Origin: Nageia nagi
Lineage: Eukaryota > Plantae > Pinophyta
DNA length: 64,000 nt
Direction: 5' to 3'
NCBI GenBank assembly: GCA_050084985.1
Contig: JBITNC010000001.1
Location: 198,462,001-198,526,000, forward strand
Within the stretch, counting starts at the first letter, position 1. Every line of letters starts with the position of its first letter. Below, in pieces: positions 36,918 to 51,689 of this stretch. Below the pieces are notes generated by a model that made no database searches, had not been told where the DNA came from, and saw only the letters and a list, made by a program, of their open reading frames with translations. Both the position numbers and the translations under genes were made by a program.

Positions 36918-38138
36918 TGTGACGTCCCTTTTGTCCAGACGTAATTAGTTGTGGGGTCCAAAAGGATCTACTTGTAATATGATTTCTTTATGTATTGCTC
37001 TTTTTGATTGTAACTTAGGATAGGAGACTTAATGGGTCAATGGGCCCCATTGTGAGCCCTAAGTGGGACGTCTCCCTCCTAAGGATAGGTTAGGAGTATT
37101 TGTCATGCTTGAAGATCCCGATAATGATTGTGGGAATCCCAAGGTGTATTTAGCATATATTGGATGGAGGAGCACTTATTAACCCAATGTTGAGTATGGG
37201 AGCATATAGACACCTGCTCCAGCTTGGGGGAGGCTTCTAGACCCCCACGTTGGGCACTGAGACCCATGTTGCCCCCCTAAGTACCAACGCATGCCTTCCT
37301 GGGTCCATGTGGAGCATAGGGGAGGCCCAGATACCCACGTTGAGCCTAGATTGATCCCTAAGTACCAACGTTGTGCCTTGAGGGGAATAGATGATGATTT
37401 CGAGGTGCAATCCGGTCCAAGGGAAGCTATATTAATCCTTGGAGCCTCATTACTGGATATGCTTGATTATTATTCTCTTATACCGTCCATAGGACTTCAG
37501 TACTTAGTAGTGCTAAGCAACATGCAACATTCCTAGATGCAGATTCTAGAGGGCATTCAGGCTGAGGGATCCTATCTGTCTACGGTATTGGCGCAACACC
37601 TTACCCATCTGGTGGCATTCTAAGGTACAACTTCTACCATTCAGTTGGTTATCCAGGATCAAAGGAGGGCTCCTTCAGTGGAAAAGATTTGGGTTCTGAG
37701 GGAGCATTACTATCCCATGGTTCCGTTGTTGTTCTAGTGATCGAGGAAATTCATTGTTGTGCCCTAGTTGGCTCCGAGAGGCCATCAACTGCCTCCTAGG
37801 GCTTGGTATTGTATTGCACTGCTTCATATCATTTGTATATTGCCAAGGGCAATTGGATCTCATGCTTGTGTTGCGTTGACTCATCTTGTGCATGCCTTGG
37901 ATCATTATTGTTGTTTATGCTTATACTTAGCATACGTTGGCATTATGATGTATTGTTGATTGAATTGCATGTTATAGTCAAACATTGGCATCTTGGTGTT
38001 GTGAATGTATAATATTGATGCCTTAACCCTAACATTGCATATTTGAGGGTGTGTTGGCTTGTGTTTGATGCCCTAGACCAAGGGTTTGTTGGTCAAAATT
38101 GAGCGTTTTTGAGTTGAGGTCCATTTTGGATCATCACA
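36918..38138 (+). repeat. 3' LTR of I (1,221 bp)
   Basis: TGTGACGTCC...CATCACA, preceded by the PPT. Confidence 0.93.
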
Positions 38139-39489
38139 ACCACTTTTGATCACCCAAGGGCATTAATATACTTTGTTTCTTTTTTTTCTTTCAAGCAGCA
38201 CACAATGGATAGAGTCAGAAAAAGGTTAATAGCTAGAATCCAAACAAAGTGTTAGGGAAGGTTCACTAGATAGGATCCATTTTATAGAAAAAGAGATCCA
38301 TGGCCAATTGTTCATCTGTTGTTCTCATAGATTGCAATCATTGCACTAAGTAAACTATGTTTAACAAAGATAGTTTTTTCAAAAGGTTAAAGGCTTCATC
38401 CAGATGTCTAGTTTTCACATATAAGATCACATGTGGTTGAAGCATTTGCTCTAAACATTTTCATGCCTTGTCTAAGCTATCATTGACCACGAAATGTGAG
38501 ACTGGAATCAGCATCTCATTACCTTTTCATTAATATCTATGTCAAATTTGAGAAATCCCAAGTTTTCAGTTAAAAAAGTATTTTATATACATATTTAGTG
38601 TAACACTCCTCAAAATGTATCCAAACTGAAAACTAATACTAGTTTGTTTGTGGACCATTTAAATATTTTCCTAATCATGTGTTCATAGACCATCTCAACA
38701 TCTGCCAAAGTTTTCACCACTACTTCTATGAATATCACAATAAGCGTCTCTGATACTACGTTTTAAAATGGAAACGTTAAATCTCATGTGCATGCACACA
38801 CATGAATATTCATAATGCTTGTAAGTTGTAACAATCCTAACATATTGTTTGTTATTATATTTTTCATAGTTTAATACAAATGCATCACTTTGTTTTTAAT
38901 ATTTACAAAGAAAAAGATATGGTGCAATAAACAGTTGTCAATTACTAGCATTGCAATTGTAAGTCAGATTCAGAGTGTTGTTTCAAATTTGAAGACTGTT
39001 GCAACAAAATGCAGTTCAGACAACAGTATTGGTTGCACTTAAGATCTTGGTGCATTGAATGTCATGAAATGGAAAAAATAGATAAATGTAAGTATTTTAA
39101 TGTTCCTTGTTGTTACTGCCAAGATAGTCAAGAATAACAATGTTGGGCATGCTGTCTCCAAGACCCCAGATTCAGGCAGCCTTGTTTACCTTTGTCACAA
39201 TAATGATGATGCCTGTTCCATAAGATGTGAACAAAATTAAAACAATGGTTGGAACAGTAGTATCTGAGTTACACTGATAAAAAAACCCTTCAACCTGAGT
39301 AACTTCTGACTTATCAGTTCCAAGACCTTGATACCTGTTCTACAGAACCGCCTCTAACAAGAAATGCTAAAAGACTAGTAATAACTTGTAAATCATAAAT
39401 CCAACTATATGCTGATGAGATCACTAATTGTAGATCGTTAAAATGATAGAGGATGGATGATATTAAAACAAAAAGTTAACTGGAACCTA

Positions 39490-39846
39490 TTGTGGCATCC
39501 AAAACATGCCCTAAATTTTAGCAAATTTGGGGACCCATAAATTTTAGCAACAAGGAATCGCTTAGGCAGAGTGAGCAAGCTAAAGGTGTCTCAAGATCAG
39601 GAGGCATTGGAGAAAAGGACTGGTGGAAAATGAACAAAATTGAACTTTTGGAAGTAGCAGATCAAGATTTTGGCTAAGTCTTCCTCAAGCGCATGTCTTC
39701 CAGGAGACAACCTTCTTGTCCCTCCTAAGACCTGTGTCAAGCTTCTAAGAGCTCCAGTTGACAATTTCAAATGACCGAGACCAAATTTGACTATGGAAAA
39801 CCTGTTGCATTGGTGCATGCTTGGAGGGAGACATGCTCCTTGACCC
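39490..39846. mobile_element. Fragment of a D-like repeat array abutting the end of C2
   Basis: GCGCATGTCTTCCAGGAGACAA-CCTTC-TTGTCCC and TTGGCTAAGT motifs. The second unit is cut at 39846. Confidence 0.5.
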
Positions 39847-41307
39847 TGTTGGTATGTTTTTCTGTCCCAGTCCAAAACATGCACAAGACTTGGAGGAAAA
39901 AACAATACTTGTTTCCACCTGAAAGGACTAGTTACCCCAAGCGCTCACATGGAATATGGTCTAGGGCACAGTAGTCAGAGATGCATGTTGTTAACCGTAT
40001 ACAAGGGAAATATACCGTCGGAGTTCGTTTTCCACAATGAGGAAAGATTGCAAATGTGAATGAAAGAGAAGAAAGTTCACAAATGCAAGGAAAAACATAG
40101 GGATAAGTGCATAGGAATATAAAAGATGAACTTATCAAGATATCACCAATGATGCAGTGTCTCGGCAGCTCATCTTCAAAATCATTAAGGCAGGTGTACT
40201 CACTATCAAGCCAAGCAACAAATAGCAATATGCGCTCAAGTTACTACCAGATGAGAGCAAGAAGTTGTAGGTTCTTGGTGGAAGACTCGATGGTCCAAGG
40301 GTAAATGAAGTGAGGGCGTGAGTACATAGGCCTAACCGAATGACATAGAAACAAGCTATACACCCCATAATGCATTCACTTGCATGCGAATCATGCAAAG
40401 AATAGCTTAAACCGTTTCAACAAATATTCATTGTGCAGCTTCAGAAGGAAAACTATTTAGACATGCATAATTCCACAAATGAAAATCTCCACAGTATTTA
40501 CTTTATAGCACTATTCTCGAAAGAAATCAATTTATAATGATATTCAATGACATGAGCAATAACATTCCTTGCCTGATAGCAATATTCTCAGCATGATATT
40601 CAAAGTATAGTAGAGATGTAACAATACGCAATCATGACAAGCATAGAACCCCTTATGCAGCGAACTTCTATGCAGTGGAATGTTGAAATCTTTCATATGC
40701 AAATTCACATACATGCAAAATCTTTACGAATAGACAATGATATGCGGAAATGGCACATATGCTATATATTCTTCATTTTTGCAAATGCAAAGAAATTCCT
40801 CCAATTCTTACAAATGCAAAATCTCATGCAATCAATATTATGCAAAAATTCCAAATGCCAAAATCCTCTTCTAAATGGCCTTGATGTGGTATATATAGGC
40901 CATTAGAAGTGTTGCCCTAAAGGCATAAAATCCGATATGGTGGGCACACACGCGACACACATACCAATACAAAATCAGATTGTTCACATGAAATGATGTA
41001 AATGGCACTTAAAAACTGACAAAATATACATGCCACTGTCAAAATGCATTAATTTACCTCTAAACTATGCAAAAACAGATCATATATGAAATAACTGTCT
41101 GACATCTAAACCGGCGAGAGTAAAACCCCATCCTTGCACCAGTCATAGTCATAAATGAGTATGATATATTTGATTTGGCGGGAGCAAAACCTCATCCCTA
41201 CACCAGTAAAATTGAGTAAATGAAGTCTGACATAACAACAACCCTCATGAAATATACATTAAACAAAAGAAAGATTGTCGCAGAGAGAATCTGCAAGTGG
41301 ATCGGAT

Positions 41308-43231
41308 CTAGGCCATATCTGATTCAGTACCAGCAGAGTTCCACTCCTCACTGGTGAGACTGTACGACTCAATGGTCTCCTCCAAGAACGACATAGTCTT
41401 CCGCACGCCCCTGGAGATCATGCCAACAATGCTGCCATTCTACCGAAAATAGTCTCCGATCTGCCCTGATGTAGCCTGCATCTGGTACCTCCAGATGACC
41501 ATTTGTCTCTCATGGACAATGGGATGCCCTGCCTTCAGCAATCTAAGATCATCGACATCTAGATGCTCCTGTATCAGGTTTTGAGCCTTTTCCAATACCG
41601 CTTCCTTCTTCCTCATGTTGTTATCCTCCCTCTGGAAATTGAGCTAGTAAACATACTTGCTCATTTGTTCCTTGACCTCTTTCCTCAAAGGGATTCTGAG
41701 TTTCAGGACTACATTACACTTCTCAAGTGCATGCTTCAGCCAGTCGTGATGGTATGTGAATTCATGGCATTAGACCAATTTCTCAAGCCTGTTAGTGAAA
41801 ACTTGCTACAAATGGGAGACATTGGGGAGGTAGTTGTCCAACTTGTTGAGATGTGTTGTGATTTGTGCTTTAAGATCCCAGATTTCCACACCTTCTAGAA
41901 GCTTGTAAATTTGAGAAGATAACTTCTCGATCGTTTCCATCATCATCTTCTTTAGCTGCTCCTTCATCAACTCCCAACTTTCATGGAACGAGGTCTACTT
42001 CACATCAAGAGAGGTGGTACTTATATTCTGGAACTCCTTAATGATTTTCCTGCTGGCCGTGAGCTCCCTTTTCAATCTATTCATCTCTTTTTTGGCTTCA
42101 TAGCCCTCCTGTTCCATGACTACAGCATTTTAGATAACTATGTGCTTGCAAGTCAGTCCCAACTTTACAGGGATCTTAAGCATCTCTATCACACAGTCTT
42201 CTACCCTCTGAGGATGCTTCTCCTTCGAATAACAATGGCTGATGTAGATCTCCTTCCGGGAGGTGGACACAAATGTGTCAACTCTTCTAATCTTTTCACT
42301 GTCCGAAAGCTCCTCTTCTTCATCTTCAAAGTATAGATCCTAGTCTATCTCCTCATCATGAGCCGTACTCATGCTGAGGGCTCTATGGCAAGCATCCAGA
42401 TCAAGGTCTGGATGTTCGGTTGCTAGCTGGGAAGCAAGCCTCTGCACCAACAATCGACCTCTACTAACCTTCTTGACCTCTTTGGTCGGAGTAGTCTAAA
42501 TAAAGGCGACTTCCTTGCCTTGGTGCTCATCCTGCTTTCTCTTCTTTTTTTGCTCTTCAGTATCCCCTTTGTCTTCTTCATCTCCTCCATTGCCACTTAT
42601 TGATATGCCTTTGCTTCGTGGCTAAGGGGATCTTTCATGGCTTGTCCTCTTCATAGAGGGCTTTTGGGAAGATGAGGGTGACCTTCTATGATCGGCAGGA
42701 GAGGGCTTGGAAGCACCTACTTCTGGCACACTTTACTCTGATGATTTGGACCTCATCATCATCATCATAGGTCCCTATGTCCACAATCTTATCATCATCT
42801 AGGAGAGTTTCAATCTCCGTCTCATCAAGTGCAGAAGCACCTACAACTACATCTTCTTGTTCGGGAACTACTCATCAACAGCAGCGTCATCGTCATCAAC
42901 ATCATCTTCTTCTTTTTCACCACGGCTTTCTTCATCACTGCTCTGGCTTCCTAACTCTTCATCAGAGCCTTCTACTGTATGGCCGAGTTCCTCATCAATC
43001 TCTGCATCGAAAGAAGTGGAATGTTCGAAAAAACTAGAACTTGGTTGTAGTGGGGGAACCTTTTCTTTGCATCCAAGAGGGCGAGCGGGTCTGGAATGGA
43101 AAGAACTTCTTCCATGGGTGAATCATCAGCGTAGGCCTCCTCCAACATGTCCAAGGGGATAGTGCGATAGATAGCATCTCTCAAATTAGCTATCACCACA
43201 CTGTGTTTGCTAGGGCCTGGGATGTGCTCCC
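41308..43231 (-). pseudogene. 3' half of the C2 accessory ORF (acidic linker and coiled-coil-like C-terminus)
   Basis: ORF 42972-43199, an E/D-rich minus-strand frame at 42500-43000, and a C-terminus matching 2338-2806. Stop at 41308-41310. Confidence 0.75.
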
Positions 43232-43402
43232 TATTGGAATGTATAATGCATTATTGTAAAGGTTATGTAATAATCTTCTATGTAAGTTCACTAATACTTA
43301 AGGGAATCATTTGATACCTTAAGTATTTAAGTGAATATGATAATGTAAGTTGTCCTACACTCCATGTCATGAGCATGCCCCTTGGGTAAAAGGATGGGCA
43401 TG
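43232..43402 (+). repeat. Truncated 5' LTR of A
   Basis: Matches 59044-59214. The rest of the LTR, the PBS and part of the leader are deleted. Confidence 0.9.
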
Positions 43403-45932
43403 TAATTGGTTAGAGCTTCTATAGTATGAATGAATATTTTTTTTTTAAATCAATCAGAATATAAAGTTTTTTATTCCGTTGAATATAATAAATTTGTTTT
43501 CTGATTGGAAATCAAGAGAAGGGGAGGTAGACCAGATATTGGATGACAAAGCCCCACCTCTTTGCTAGCAAATGTTTTTTTGGCGCCTGAGATTAGGGTT
43601 AACCATGAGGTAGGGAAGGCAAATTGACTTGGTTGGACTGAACATGGCCTGTTGCAAAGACCTGGTCATAGCCTTTCACCATTAAACTGAGTCATGTCTT
43701 CCCTGGTAGGTATCGTGTCTCTGTGTAGCGGAGAACCTTGTCCCCTCTTCTATTCGGCCCTATCATCCCTTCCCGAGTGGCTTGTCAAGATCAATAAAGG
43801 GAGAGAGGTCCGAGTGGCCTGACATACACACCTCCACCCCTTCGATGTTGGCCTCACCTGCTGGCATGTTTTTTTATTGATAGAAAATAAAACGCCATTA
43901 ACGATCAAATTTTTTGTTTTGTGACATTCACGTTGGAATATACGACACCTGATAAACAGTCGCTCCATGCCGTGAGGACGAGCTCTTGCCAAAAGCTTCC
44001 CATCCGTGTCATTGCTCCTCCATTGCAACCTCTCTCAGCCCTCTCCTCCGTAGCCTCTCACTATGCACGACCCTTTTTCTTTTCTTTTCTTGCTTTCCAT
44101 CTATTTTTTTCTTGCTCCTTGTTTTACTCCACGCACAGCTACCCTTTTTTTATGATTCCTTTTTTAACCTATAGTGGTTAATGGGCATTTAATATTTTAC
44201 TTGATTACTTGCAAGCTCCTTGCTTCCATTAAATGCACCTAGAAGCAAACATATACTCCTTTTTGGTGGGCATTTAATATTTTTTGATTGCTTGTAAGTC
44301 ATTTGTTTCTATTTAATGCACTTAAGAGGCAAACTTATACTCCAAATTTAATGCATTATAATCATGTGTATCATGAATTACATTACTCTAGAGTAAGTAG
44401 ATGGTCAAAAATTCATTATTACTCTTAAATGCTATCTTACTTTTTTTTAAAATATGGCAAATATAAAAGTAATTTTTTAGAAGTATAATTTATTTTATAA
44501 ATACTTCTAATTATAGCTATTTACTTAGGCAAAATGATAAATTTTAATGTAAACTCGACACTTTTTTACTAAGAAATTTTTTTTTTAAGTGTCTATTATT
44601 CCTTGTTGCCTTAACCTTTTTATAAGCAAAAGGTGGGGAATGCTAATTTACAATCCTATTTTAAGTAAAAAGGGGAATTATTTTGTATTTACTTAAAAAT
44701 ATTAGAATGAATACATACTTCGAAGATAATTTTTTAGCATACAAGTAGTTTTCCTTCCTTAGTTAAATTTCTAAGGTAAAGCTAGTATGTTATCTTTAGG
44801 GATAAAATTTTAAGTAAAAAAAAGGGAATTTGTATAAATTTCTTACTTAAATTTTATCTAGATTTTGCATGCTAAATCTTTTACTTTATAATGCATGCCT
44901 CTTAATCTTGTGTAGGAATAATGCATGCTTAGTACTCAATTTTTAAGTAAAATGATGCATGTTTTTTACTTAAATTTGTGAAGTGAAAGAATGCATTTTT
45001 TTCCTACTTTCAAGTTAAATAATGCATGCTACTTATTTCTTTAAGTTAATAATGCATACTTAATTTTTAAGTTATGGGATAAATGCATGCCAATTTTTTA
45101 TGCAAAGTATGGAATGGACTTGTGCAAATAAGGAATGATGTAAAGATGTCTTTTAAGGATTGGGAAACAAAACCCATTGGACTCTTAAGTTTCAAAAATT
45201 GCAAATGGATGATGGTTTTTCTTATGCTCTTTTTTCTGCATGTTTCGTTTTTTGATTTATTTGTTTATGCAAACAAAAACGCAAACATTGAAATGAGCAA
45301 CCTCCTTAAAATGAATACATCCGCACGTACATTCCGCAACATGACTTGTTTGAGGAGCCATGAGATGAGGATAGACGGACTGGAGCCTTTAAGTTAGATG
45401 ATCCAAATGGTAAAAAGTTCGTACTTCTCAATTGCCCCTAAGTCCTCTGTTGTTCTAAATATAACTCCAATAGGTAGATGGACAGACATGTGTGTAGTGA
45501 TACCACGTGTCCACACGTCCATTCAGGGATTATCCTGATAACCTAGGAGGACAACTTGAAACCTAATCAAAATTAATAATTTGACCGATTCAATAAACAT
45601 CATAACCTTGGAAAAATATAGGTACTTCTTGTGAGAAAGTATAATATTGACCAAGGCGAACTAGTTGAGGATTAACAGTACTTGGGCTTCTTTTATATGG
45701 GCATCCAAGTGAAGGCTTAATTATAGACAAGAAAATAAGTCTCAACAATATCACTCTACATCTACGATTCTTGGAGATGACAAAAATATTTGGGTACATA
45801 GGATGTATTTTTGAATTGTAAAATATTTGCACTTGTGAATCAAAATCAAGCATGTCTTAGTTAATTAAATGTACCATGTAATGTTGTTTATTAAACCACA
45901 TGCTTATTATTTTTCACATTCTTGTGTAGCAA

Positions 45933-48900
45933 ATGGGAGAATCCTTTTTACCCAAACACATTTTTTACGGTTCCAACTTTGGTATTTGGGAACCTTGAAT
46001 GAGAGCTGAATTGCAAGCAAGAAAGCTTTGGCAAACATTGAATAAGAACCTTGTACCTTCTACAGATGAGAAGGCACTAGAGGCTTACAACACAAAGAAT
46101 GAGTTGGCAACCTTCATGATCTTCTGTGTAGTTTCAGATGATGTGCTCCTGATGATTTCTTCTTCAACCTCAGCAAAGAAAGCTTGGGATAAGCTTAAGC
46201 AAATATACCTTGGTTCAAAGTTTTCAAGAAGGTTTACTATTCTCCAAAAGTTGCTTCAATCTCGTCAAGGGAAAAATGAAAATGTGGCTATCTACTTTAA
46301 CAGAATCATTAACCTTAGGACCCAACTTGTTGCTTGTGGATGCAATTAGATCAATAATGAGTTCATGGTCTTTATCATTCCTCAAAGTCTTTCTTCAAAG
46401 TTTGAAAACTTTGTAACGGTTATGGAAACAAGGCTTGATGATGATGATAAAGAAGTCTTCTCCCTTGAGAACCTTTTTAGACTCCTTTGGAAGCATGAAG
46501 AAACCCTTAACAAAAAAGTGTTGATTTCTTCTTCTAAGGATAAAAATGTTGCTCTTAGAGCAACCAAAACTTCTTTCTAGAAGAAGTTCAACCATCAAAA
46601 GAAATCTTATCTCTCTTCTTCTAAAAGGTTTGAGAAAAGAGGCAATGGCTACAACAACAGCAAGAACAATGGCAACAACGGCAACAACATGAACAACAAC
46701 AGTAGGAACAATGGCAATAACAACCACTTCAAGCAAAGAGATGGAAAAGGCAAAGCAAACAATCCATATCTTAAAAAAAAGTTTGATGGTAATTATAACT
46801 ATTGTGGCATCCAAGATCACAAAGTAGTTGATTGCTACAAAAAGAAAAAAGAGGAAAAGAACAAAGGCAATGAAAATGTAAAGAACTTTAAAAGAAAGAA
46901 GAATATTCAAGCTGGTTTTGTTGCGGCGCTCTACTCCATGTCTCGCTCTTTTTCGTCTGATTGGATTGTTGATTCTGGTTGCACTAATCACCTATATTTT
47001 GAAAAGGAAAAGTTTGAGAACTTTCATAAGTACAGAAAAGATGCGGTTGTCATAGGTGATAACTCTACCCTTGAAGTCCAAGGAATTGGGAGTGTGTTGA
47101 TTCATGGAAAGGTTTTTGAAAATGTTCTCTATGTTCCTAAGTTAATAATGAACCTTCTCTCTATGATCCAAGTTGCTAGAAAAGGGTACTCTTTTGAGTT
47201 CGACTCTCAATCATGGTGCATTTAAAAAAGTCTTGCCACGGTTAAAAGATCAGTGAAAGATGATCTCTACATTGTAGATCAAGTTCCATCAAAGATGTGT
47301 CGTGCTACAAGTGTATATTCTAAAGAAAATCTTTGGCACCAACATTTAGGGCACTTTAACCAAAAGAGTATTCAAGTTATGAAAGACCAAAAACTTGTGA
47401 AAGGTTTCCCTTCAATTTCTCTTTCGGTTGGTCTATGTGAGAAGTGCATTCTTGGCAAGATGCATACACAAAAGTTTGAAAAAGATAAGGCAACAAGAGC
47501 ATCTCAACCTCTTCAACTTGTGCATTCAGATTTGATGGGTCCGTTTCAGACTAAATCACTTGTAGGAGCATCTTACGTCTTGCTATTCATTGATGACTTT
47601 AGTAGGATGATCTTTGGGTATCTACTTGAGCACAAGGATCAAACTTTTGAGAGTTTTAAATTTTTTAAGGCCTTTGTTGAGAATAAAACTAATTTGAAAA
47701 TCAAGATGTTGAGATCAGATAATGGGAGAGAATATAACAGCAATAAATTCAATGACTATTATGCTAAGTATGGAATCAAGAGGCAGTTTACAATTCCATA
47801 CACTTCTTAGCAGAACGGTGTTGCCGAAAGGAAAAACAAAACAATTATGGAAACGGCTAGATGCATGTTGGGTAATCTTTCTAGTTTCTTATAGGGTGAA
47901 GCTATGAGCATAGATATTTACACCTTGAATAGGTGTCCCACAAAAGCCGTTCAGGACAAAACTCCTTTTGAGGTATGGTCAAGAAGAAAACCTAACATTT
48001 CACACCTTAAGGTGTTTAGTTGTGAAGCATTCTCCTACATTGTTTTTAAGAAAAGGAAAAAGTTAGACAAAAGAGCTGAAAATGCATCTTTGTGGGTTAT
48101 GACAGTCAGCATAGAGACTACAGGCTCTACTCTCCATCCTACAAAGCTATGTTTGTTTCAAGGGATGTAAAGTTCAATGAACTTCTTGATGAATCTGCTT
48201 CTAATGAGGATGTTGATGATCCAAAGGACTCTTCAGTTGCACCTAGCTAGTTAGATATTGATGTAGACAAGTCACCTCAGGAACAAAATTCTCCAACACA
48301 AAAGGTAACAAGGAGCATGACCTTGAACAAATCTTTATTTGCCAAGATTGATAACAAGCATGAGCACTCAACCTTCAAAGATGCTTCTAAGCATGAGTGC
48401 TAGATGGAAGCCATGAAAATGGAGTATGAAGCGCTTATGAAAAATGAAACTTGGGATTTGGTTTTTTATCCCAATGAGAAGAATGTGATCAATAATAAGT
48501 GGATCTATAAGGTCAAGTTCAATTCAGTTGGGAATATTGAGAAATACAAGGCAAGGTTAGTAGCCAAAGGTTTTGCTCAAAAATACGGTGTAGATTATGA
48601 GGAAACCTTTGCTGCTGTGGCAAAGATGCTTACTGTGAGAATTATCCTTGCTCTTTTTGCAGCTCAAGGATGGAAAGTTTTTCAACTTGACGTCAAAAGT
48701 GCATTTCTCAATGGTGACTTAGATATGGAAATCTTCATGAATCAACCAGAAGGGTTCATTGTGAAAGGTAAAGAGTCCTTTGTGTGCAAGCTAAAGAAGT
48801 CATTATATGGATTTAAACAAGCACCTAGAGCCTGGTACAAGAAGATTTCAGGGTATTTTGCAGACATTGGTTTCTCCAAATGTTTTTCTGACTCCGATTT

Positions 48901-49872
48901 ATATGTGCTCACTCAAGGAAAAGACTTGGTCTTGATTCTCCTTTATATGGATGATCTTCTGATAATTGGGAATAATAATAAAATCATTCAAAAGTGCATA
49001 TCCAAACTTAAAGCAACGTTTGAAATGATTGATCTTTGTCTCTTGCACTACTATCTTGGAATACAAGTGTATCCATACAAGGATTGTACTTATCTTAGTC
49101 AATCTAAGTATATATCAGACATCTTGCAGAAGTTTGGAATGGAATGTAGATATGTTGCAATCCTAGTCTCTCCTGGAATCACTATTTCTCTGAGCTCCAA
49201 CTCTCGATTAGCTGATGCTACAACTTATAGACGATTAATTGGTAGTCTTTTGTATTTGACTATATATAAACCAGATATTGCCTTTGCAGTGAATTTGATG
49301 GCACGATTCATGCAAAAACCATATGTTGAGCACCTCAATGTTGTTAAGCAAATCTTAAGGTATGTTGTAGGGACTAAAGATCTTGTTTTCAAGTATTATA
49401 AGTTGCTTTCGTTTGTTCTCTCTGGATTCTCAGATTTTGACTATGGAGGAGATAGAGATGACAGAAAATCAATCTATGCGTATGTGTTTAGCATTGGTTC
49501 AAGTGCTATCTCTTGGGCTTCCAAGAAGCAGCCTACTGTTTCTCTTTCCACCACAGAAGCTGAATACGGTGCCATGTCTGTTGCAACCCAAGAAGCCATT
49601 TAGCTAAGGCATCTTCTGAAAGAAATCGAGTATGAACAAGGTGGCTCATCTTTGATTTCTTCAGACAATCAGTCAGCTATTTCTTTGGCTAAGAATCCTA
49701 TGTTCCATCTGAAAACAAAACATGTGGAAATCCATGCCAATTTTATCAGAGAAAAGGTTCTTGATGGCATCATACACTTGGAGTTTTGTCCATCCACCTT
49801 GAACTCCGCAAGCTCAATTCTGTAAGCATAGGGATGCTATCGGGTTGGTGAAGTTGCCCTCAAGGGAGGGTG
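45933..49872 (+). pseudogene. Copia gag-pol of A
   Basis: MGESFLPK start; decayed zinc knuckle; WIVDSGCTNH (PR); LQLVHSDLMGP...LRSDNGREY (INT); [10 protein letters not shown]...LYMDDLL (RT); ISWASKKQPTVSLSTTEAEY (RH). Confidence 0.95.
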
Positions 49873-50474
49873 AAGTTTGAATTCTTGTGTTGAATTTATG
49901 TTTGTGATGACAACTTCATTCCTAGAAGGATTTTGTGTTGTATAGTGTTGATTTTGTTGTACACCTTTGTGGTAAGTTCGCTCTGCGTGAGGAACTTGTA
50001 CAAATTTTTAAAAGCAAAAAAATTGGCCAATCTAGCACTGTTTAGTTATCCATGTGTGAGGAACTTGTATGTGCATGCTCTATTTTGTAATGATAATCAA
50101 CACATATTTTATATACAGCAGGTGACTATGAGTTTTGGCTTGGCATCTTCGTAATGACTTATAGTGCACCATTGATCAATTCATGATGGCATTTGAGTGA
50201 TTCATCTATCTTTGTTGATATGAATATGTTGCATCTAACTGATCTTGTTATTTGAGCTGCTTATGACTTGCACATTCCTTTGAGATTGCAGGCTACTTAC
50301 CTTAGTTATGTAGACTCTTGGAGACTCTTCATAACTTCCAGTTGGATGACTACTTCATGTACATTGAAACCAATTGTGGTTAATGATCGTATTTGACAAA
50401 GTAGTGAATCTCAAACTAAATTTTTCTTACTTCACAAATATGTAAAAAGTTCTCATCTCTGTTGTATCTGTTTG

Positions 50475-50970
50475 TAAGAGAATTGCACTATAACATAAAC
50501 AATCATAAATTCTCAAGATCACATGAAAGCTCACAAATCTCATCTTACAAACTCACAAAGCAATCTCCCAACACAACACAAGATGTAAGTGGTTCCTCCA
50601 ACTAAGAGTGCATCCACTAACTAGATCTTTACTTCAATCACAAATACAATTCTCTTACAATCCTCCTAATCTCAACTCTTATGCTCTATCCTATAACATA
50701 ACTTTACTCCACAATTGATGTATAATCGTAAAGAGAGAGCCTTCTATTTATAGGTCAAAATCCCTCTTTGGATCACCTTCTTATCCAATGTACAAAAGCA
50801 TGACATGCACATCTTTTTACCCAAAGGGCATGCTCATAACATGGAGTGTAGGACAAATTACATTATCATATTCACTTAAATATTTAAGGTATCAAGTGAT
50901 ACCCTTAAGTATTAATGAACTTAGAAGATTATTACAAAATCTTTACAATAATGCATTATACATTCCAACA
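50475..50970 (-). repeat. 3' LTR of B
   Basis: Minus strand starts TGTTGGAATG after the PPT AAGGGGAAG (50971-50979). Confidence 0.93.
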
Positions 50971-51689
50971 CTTCCCCTTAATGCAATATTGGAATAGAGT
51001 GAATAAGAGAGAAGAAAGAGAGAAAGTAAGAGAGCTCCTCCAAACAGGTACAACAGAGATGAGAACTTTTACATATTTGTGAAGTAAGAAAGATCTAATT
51101 TAAGACTCACTACTTTGCCAAATACAATCATTAACCTCAACCCGTTTCAATGTACATGAAGTAGTCATCCAATTGGAAGTTATGAAGAGTCTCCAAGAGC
51201 CTGTATACCTGAGGTAAGTAACCTGCAATTTCAAAAGAACCTGCAAGTCATAGGTAGTTCAAATAACAAGATTAGTTAGATGCAACATATACATATCAAC
51301 AAGGATAGATGAATCACACAAATGCCATCGTAAACTGATCAATGGTGCACTATAAGTCATCACAAAGATGCCATGCCAAAAACTTATAATCACCTGTTGT
51401 ATATAAAACATATGTTGATTATCATTACAAAATAGAGCATGCACATACGAATTCCTCAAATATGGATAACTGAACAATGCCAAAAGACACATAAGAGTTC
51501 CTCACACATGGATAACTGAACAATGCTAGATTGGCCAATCTTTTGCTTTAAAAAATTTGTACAAGTTCTTGACGCAGAACGAACTTACCACGAAGGTGTA
51601 CAACAAAAATCAACACTATACAACACAAAATCCTTCTAGGAGTGAAATTGTCATCACAAACATGAATTCAACATAAGAATTCAAACTTC

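Larger units (their letters stand above)
32044..38138 (+). mobile_element. Non-autonomous Gypsy element I (gag and protease; no RT, RH or INT)
   Basis: Paired LTRs, TSD ACCAC (32039-32043, 38139-38143), PPT AAGAGGGGAGG (36904-36914). Confidence 0.92.

Noticed and set aside
48404-49603. 399-aa ORF as a functional reverse transcriptase gene
   Set aside because: It is a fragment of a polyprotein broken by upstream stops and frameshifts, with a stop and a deletion in RNase H.
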